Shown: piece by piece, positions 60,498 to 64,000 of the stretch
Layout of the letters: every line of letters starts with the position of its first letter
How positions within the stretch are numbered: the first letter of the stretch is position 1
NCBI GenBank assembly: GCA_958295725.1
Contig: OY282368.1
Location: 3,393,827 to 3,457,826 of the forward strand
Source: an uncultured Alphaproteobacteria bacterium
GTDB lineage: Bacteria > Pseudomonadota > Alphaproteobacteria > UBA2966
Direction of reading: 5' to 3'
Length of the DNA: 64,000 bases
Notes under the pieces: generated by a model
Databases searched by the model: none
The model's input: only the letters and a program-made list of their open reading frames with translations
What the model was told of the DNA's origin: nothing
Translations under genes and position numbers: made by a program

Positions 60498-61121
60498 ATG
60501 ATCTACGAGTTTCGCACCTACACGCTGACCCCCGGCGCCATGCCGAAGGTGCTGGACATGTTCGCGCGGGCCTACGAACACCGGAGAAAGCACTCCGAGC
60601 TCGCCGCGTTCTGGCGGACGGAGTTCGGGCCTCTCAACCGGATCATCCACGTGTGGCCCTACGAGAGCGCCCGACACCGCGAGGACGTGCGCGCCGCGGC
60701 CGTGAAGGACCCCGACTGGCCGCCGGGCTTCGCGCGACTCGGACTGGTGGTCGATCAGCGCGCCGAGATATTCAAGCCGGCGCCCAACAGCCCGTTCGCG
60801 GAACCAGGAACCTACGGTCCCGTCTACGAGGTCCGGGACTACACGATCAAGCCCGGGTCGATGCCGGAGTTCCTGCGGATCTGGGGCGACAACGTCCACG
60901 TCCGGACCGCCTTCTCGCCCTTGACGGCGGCGCTTTATTCCGATGTCGGCGGGCTCAACAGGTTCCTGCACATCTGGCCCTACGAAAGCCTGGAGAGCCG
61001 CGCCGAGGCTCGCGACCGGGCTTCGGCGTCGGGACGGTGGCCGCCCGAGGGCGAGCTGGAGCTGATCGAACGCCAGTCGAACATGCTCGTGACTCCGGCG
61101 GCCTTTTCACCGCTGCGGTGA
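60498..61121 (+). CDS. NIPSNAP family protein (two domains), second paralog
   Basis: MIYEFRTY..HVWPY, VYEVRDY..HIWPY and AFSPLR. Confidence 0.9.
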   Translation: MIYEFRTYTLTPGAMPKVLDMFARAYEHRRKHSELAAFWRTEFGPLNRIIHVWPYESARHREDVRAAAVKDPDWPPGFARLGLVVDQRAEIFKPAPNSPFAEPGTYGPVYEVRDYTIKPGSMPEFLRIWGDNVHVRTAFSPLTAALYSDVGGLNRFLHIWPYESLESRAEARDRASASGRWPPEGELELIERQSNMLVTPAAFSPLR

Positions 61122-61180
61122 CGGCGGCGCCGGCGGCGCCGAAACGGTCCGGAGATGCGCCGACGGGGAGGAGCCTGACG

Positions 61181-62452
61181 ATGGTGGATGCGGCTGGCGG
61201 AGACGGGAATCTCCGCGTCGACGGCGGCCGGCTCTGGCGGTCGCTGATGGACATGGCCCGGATCGGCGCCACCGACAAGGGCGGTGTCCGTCGCCTCGCG
61301 CTGACCGATCTCGACAGGGAAGGGCGGGACCTGTTCGTTCGCTGGTGCGAGGAGGCCGGCTGTGCGGTCTCGGTGGACCGCATGGGTAACGTCTTCGCCC
61401 GGCGTCCGGGCCGCGATCCGGACGCGCCGCCCGCGATGACCGGCAGCCATCTCGACTCCCAGCCGACCGGCGGCAAATTCGACGGCGCCTACGGCGTGTT
61501 GGCGGGGCTCGAGGTGGTGCGCACGCTCAACGATCTCGGCGTCGAGACCGAGGCGCCGGTCGAGATCGCCGTGTGGACGAACGAGGAGGGCTCGCGGTTC
61601 GCGCCTCCGATGATCGCTTCCGGGGTCTTCGCCGGCGTCTTCGACATCGAATACGGGCTCTCGCGCCAGGACCCGGAAGGCCGTACGCTCGGCGAGGAAC
61701 TCGTGCGCATCGGCTATGCCGGCGACCGGGAATGCGGCGACCGGAAACTCGCGGCCTATTTCGAGGCCCACATCGAGCAAGGTCCGATCCTGGAGGACGA
61801 AGGGAAGACCATCGGAGTCGTATCCGGCGGTCAGGCGCAATGCTGGTACGAGATCGTCATGACCGGGCAGGAGGCGCACGCCGGCCCGACGCCCATGCCC
61901 GTCCGCCGGGACGCGCTGCTGGGTGCGGCGCGGGCCGTGGAAGCCGTGAACCGTATCGGCCTCTCCCATCGGCCGGGAGGCCGCGCCACCGTCGGGATGC
62001 TGGACGCGAAACCGAATTCCAGAAACGTCATTCCCGGATCGGTCTTCTTCACGGTCGATCTCCGTCATCCCGACGACTCGGTCCTGTCAGCCATGGACGA
62101 GGAGCTCCAGGCCGCCTGCGAAACCACCGCGGACGATATCGGATTGGAGCTGGAATTCGAGCGGATATGGCGCTCTCCGGCCGTCGTATTCGACGCGGCC
62201 TGCCTCGATGCGGTTCGATCGGGGGCCGATGCGTGCGGTTACACGTCCATGGACATCGTGAGCGGCGCCGGACACGATGCCTGCCATGTCGCGCGGGTCG
62301 CTCCGACCGGCATGATCTTCGTACCCTGCGAGGGCGGGATCAGTCACAACGAGATGGAGAGTGCCACGCCCGAGGACCTCGAAGCCGGGTGCAACGTGCT
62401 GTTGCACGCGATGCTCGGGTTCGCAGGATCGGGCGGAAGGACGTCCCGCTGA
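61181..62452 (+). CDS. M20-family N-carbamoyl-amino acid amidohydrolase (beta-ureidopropionase-like)
   Basis: GSHLDSQPTGGKFDG, WTNEEGSRF, EAHIEQGP, SGAGHDA and GISHNE motifs. Confidence 0.92.
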   Translation: MVDAAGGDGNLRVDGGRLWRSLMDMARIGATDKGGVRRLALTDLDREGRDLFVRWCEEAGCAVSVDRMGNVFARRPGRDPDAPPAMTGSHLDSQPTGGKFDGAYGVLAGLEVVRTLNDLGVETEAPVEIAVWTNEEGSRFAPPMIASGVFAGVFDIEYGLSRQDPEGRTLGEELVRIGYAGDRECGDRKLAAYFEAHIEQGPILEDEGKTIGVVSGGQAQCWYEIVMTGQEAHAGPTPMPVRRDALLGAARAVEAVNRIGLSHRPGGRATVGMLDAKPNSRNVIPGSVFFTVDLRHPDDSVLSAMDEELQAACETTADDIGLELEFERIWRSPAVVFDAACLDAVRSGADACGYTSMDIVSGAGHDACHVARVAPTGMIFVPCEGGISHNEMESATPEDLEAGCNVLLHAMLGFAGSGGRTSR

Positions 62453-62539
62453 GATCCTCTTCCGGGGCCGTCGCGCGGGCGGTTCCGGGCGCGGCGGTTC
62501 CCACGGCGTAGCCGGGGAGAGACCGGGCGGGGGCTCTCC

Positions 62540-62932
62540 TCAGGTGGGCGCCTCGGCGTCGGTCGTCGCGTATTCCGCGGGCGATGTGATCTCGATCAGT
62601 TCGAGGTCGTCCGAATGGTCGATCTCGCGGTGACGGATCCCCGGGGGCTGATGCGCGCAGTCGCCCGGACCGAGCCTCACCCTCCCCTCGCCCTCGTATT
62701 CGAAGATTACCCAGCCCTTGAGGACATAGACCATCTGGAAATCGAGATCGTGCCTGTGCCAGCCGACCCGTTCGCCGCGGCCCCCGCGGGCGCGGATCAC
62801 GTGGGCATGGAACCTGCCTCCGGTCGACCCGCCGACGCCGAGATCGCGGTACTCGAAGAACGAACGCAATCCGTCCTCCTCGAACGGCGTGTCCTCGGCG
62901 CGCGCGACGGACAGTTTCATGTCGGATGCCAT
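62540..62932 (-). CDS. Cupin domain protein
   Basis: GLRSFFEYRDLG, WHRHDLDFQMVYVLKG and QPPGIRHRE motifs. Confidence 0.88.
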   Translation of the reverse strand: MASDMKLSVARAEDTPFEEDGLRSFFEYRDLGVGGSTGGRFHAHVIRARGGRGERVGWHRHDLDFQMVYVLKGWVIFEYEGEGRVRLGPGDCAHQPPGIRHREIDHSDDLELIEITSPAEYATTDAEAPT

Positions 62933-63052
62933 GACGGCCCCTCCTTGCGTGCTTGCGCGGCGGCGGCGCTCGGCGTCCCGGCGAACGTGATCCGCCGCGA
63001 GGGGATGGGCGTTTCGCGAACGCGGTCGGGACGACGGACGCGGAGGAGCCGG

Positions 63053-63682
63053 CTACGCCTGGGCGCTGGGCCGGGCGCCGACCGTTTCGTGCCAGCGCTT
63101 GACGTGGGGGTGGCCGTCGGGGATATCCTTCTCGACCCGAGCGGCGAAATCGACCGCCACGAACGCCGTGATGTCCGCCACGCTGAAGCCGGGTCCCGCC
63201 ACGTGCCCGCTCTCGCCGAGCCGTTCGTTCAGCAGATCCATGAAATGGGCGATGCGCCGGCGCCCCCGGTCCGCCAGCGCCGGGATCTGTTCGTGGGAGA
63301 CGGGGCCTGGCAAGGCGCGGCCGGCGAACGCGTCGACGGAGTTGCGCAATACCTCGCCGACGGCGATCAGGCCGTCGACCTCGAACTTGTGCTCCCACGC
63401 GCCTATGGCCGCCTGTTCGACCGGCGTCGTTCCCAGGAGCGCGGGCTCGGGATGGATCGCCTCGATATAACGGCAGATCGTCATGGCCTCGCGGATACAC
63501 GTGTCGTCGTCGAGTTCGAGAACGGGCACGGTGCACCAGGGGTTGATGGCCCGGTACGCGTCCCCGTGCTGCTCCCGTGCCATCAGGTCGACCTGCCGGA
63601 CCGGCACCGAAACGCCCTTTTCGGCCAGGAACATCCGCACCCGCCGGGGATTGGGGGCGCCCTTGAAGTCGTAGAGTTTCAT
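63053..63682 (-). CDS. Glutathione S-transferase family protein
   Basis: APNPRRVRMFLAEKG, INP..TVPVLEL and FSVADI motifs. Confidence 0.92.
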   Translation of the reverse strand: MKLYDFKGAPNPRRVRMFLAEKGVSVPVRQVDLMAREQHGDAYRAINPWCTVPVLELDDDTCIREAMTICRYIEAIHPEPALLGTTPVEQAAIGAWEHKFEVDGLIAVGEVLRNSVDAFAGRALPGPVSHEQIPALADRGRRRIAHFMDLLNERLGESGHVAGPGFSVADITAFVAVDFAARVEKDIPDGHPHVKRWHETVGARPSAQA

Positions 63683-64000
63683 TCGGTCATCCTTTTCCGT
63701 GTCGCCGGCCGCGCGGGCTGCCGGAGATTCCAGGCGGGCTCGGCCCGTTACCGTCCGTCACGCTGGTCATCTCTCGATAACGCCGCGTAACTTACCACAC
63801 CGGCGGGATACAAGGCGATCGCGCGGAGCGTGTCCGTGCATGCTCGGAGGCCATATCGAGCGCGTTTTCGGGCAGTTCCTCAAGGTCTTGGTTGCTTGTC
63901 CACAAAAGATCGGTGAGCGCGGGCGGTCCCCGGCGCGACGAGATCGGCCGCGCCGCGTCGCGCGGGACGCTCGATGCGGGACGTTTCTATGCCGCCCGCC

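Noticed and set aside
63896-63904. TTGTCCACA DnaA-box-like site near the window end
   Set aside because: One mismatched box, with no visible cluster or unwinding element; the downstream context is outside the window.

Overview
A 64-kb high-GC chromosomal segment of an alphaproteobacterium; gene order and protein forms look Rhodospirillales-like (inference). Most of it is conserved housekeeping synteny: trpB-trpA-accD-folC/trxA, dcd-polA, chvI-chvG-ahcY-tsaE-amgK-murU, folK-rpoZ-rsh-pdxJ-acpS-lepB-rnc-era-recO-parC, dapA-smpB, tRNA-Thr, hemC-hemD-mic60-hemY, tsaD-gpsA-EVE and acs. It also carries a cobalamin-riboswitch-controlled btuBFCD-tonB operon and several small catabolic genes. The main unusual signals are: (1) a lower-GC two-gene cassette between polA and chvI, encoding a SLATT-like 2-TM protein translationally coupled to an unannotated 42-aa Pro/Lys-rich peptide with a 7-proline run, the best candidate for an undescribed system; (2) an intact IS481-family element and a miniature scar of the same family, both with the right end exactly 5 bp upstream of a sigma70-like -35 box; (3) signs of erosion or rearrangement: a rapZ stub where hprK-rapZ-PTS genes usually lie, and no addBA between murU and trxA; (4) a secreted-protein gene bracketed by an intact and an internally deleted copy of a small coiled-coil gene; (5) a hydrolase-NIPSNAP-dehydrogenase-NIPSNAP-amidohydrolase cluster. 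All calls come from reading motifs by eye; no database searches were run.
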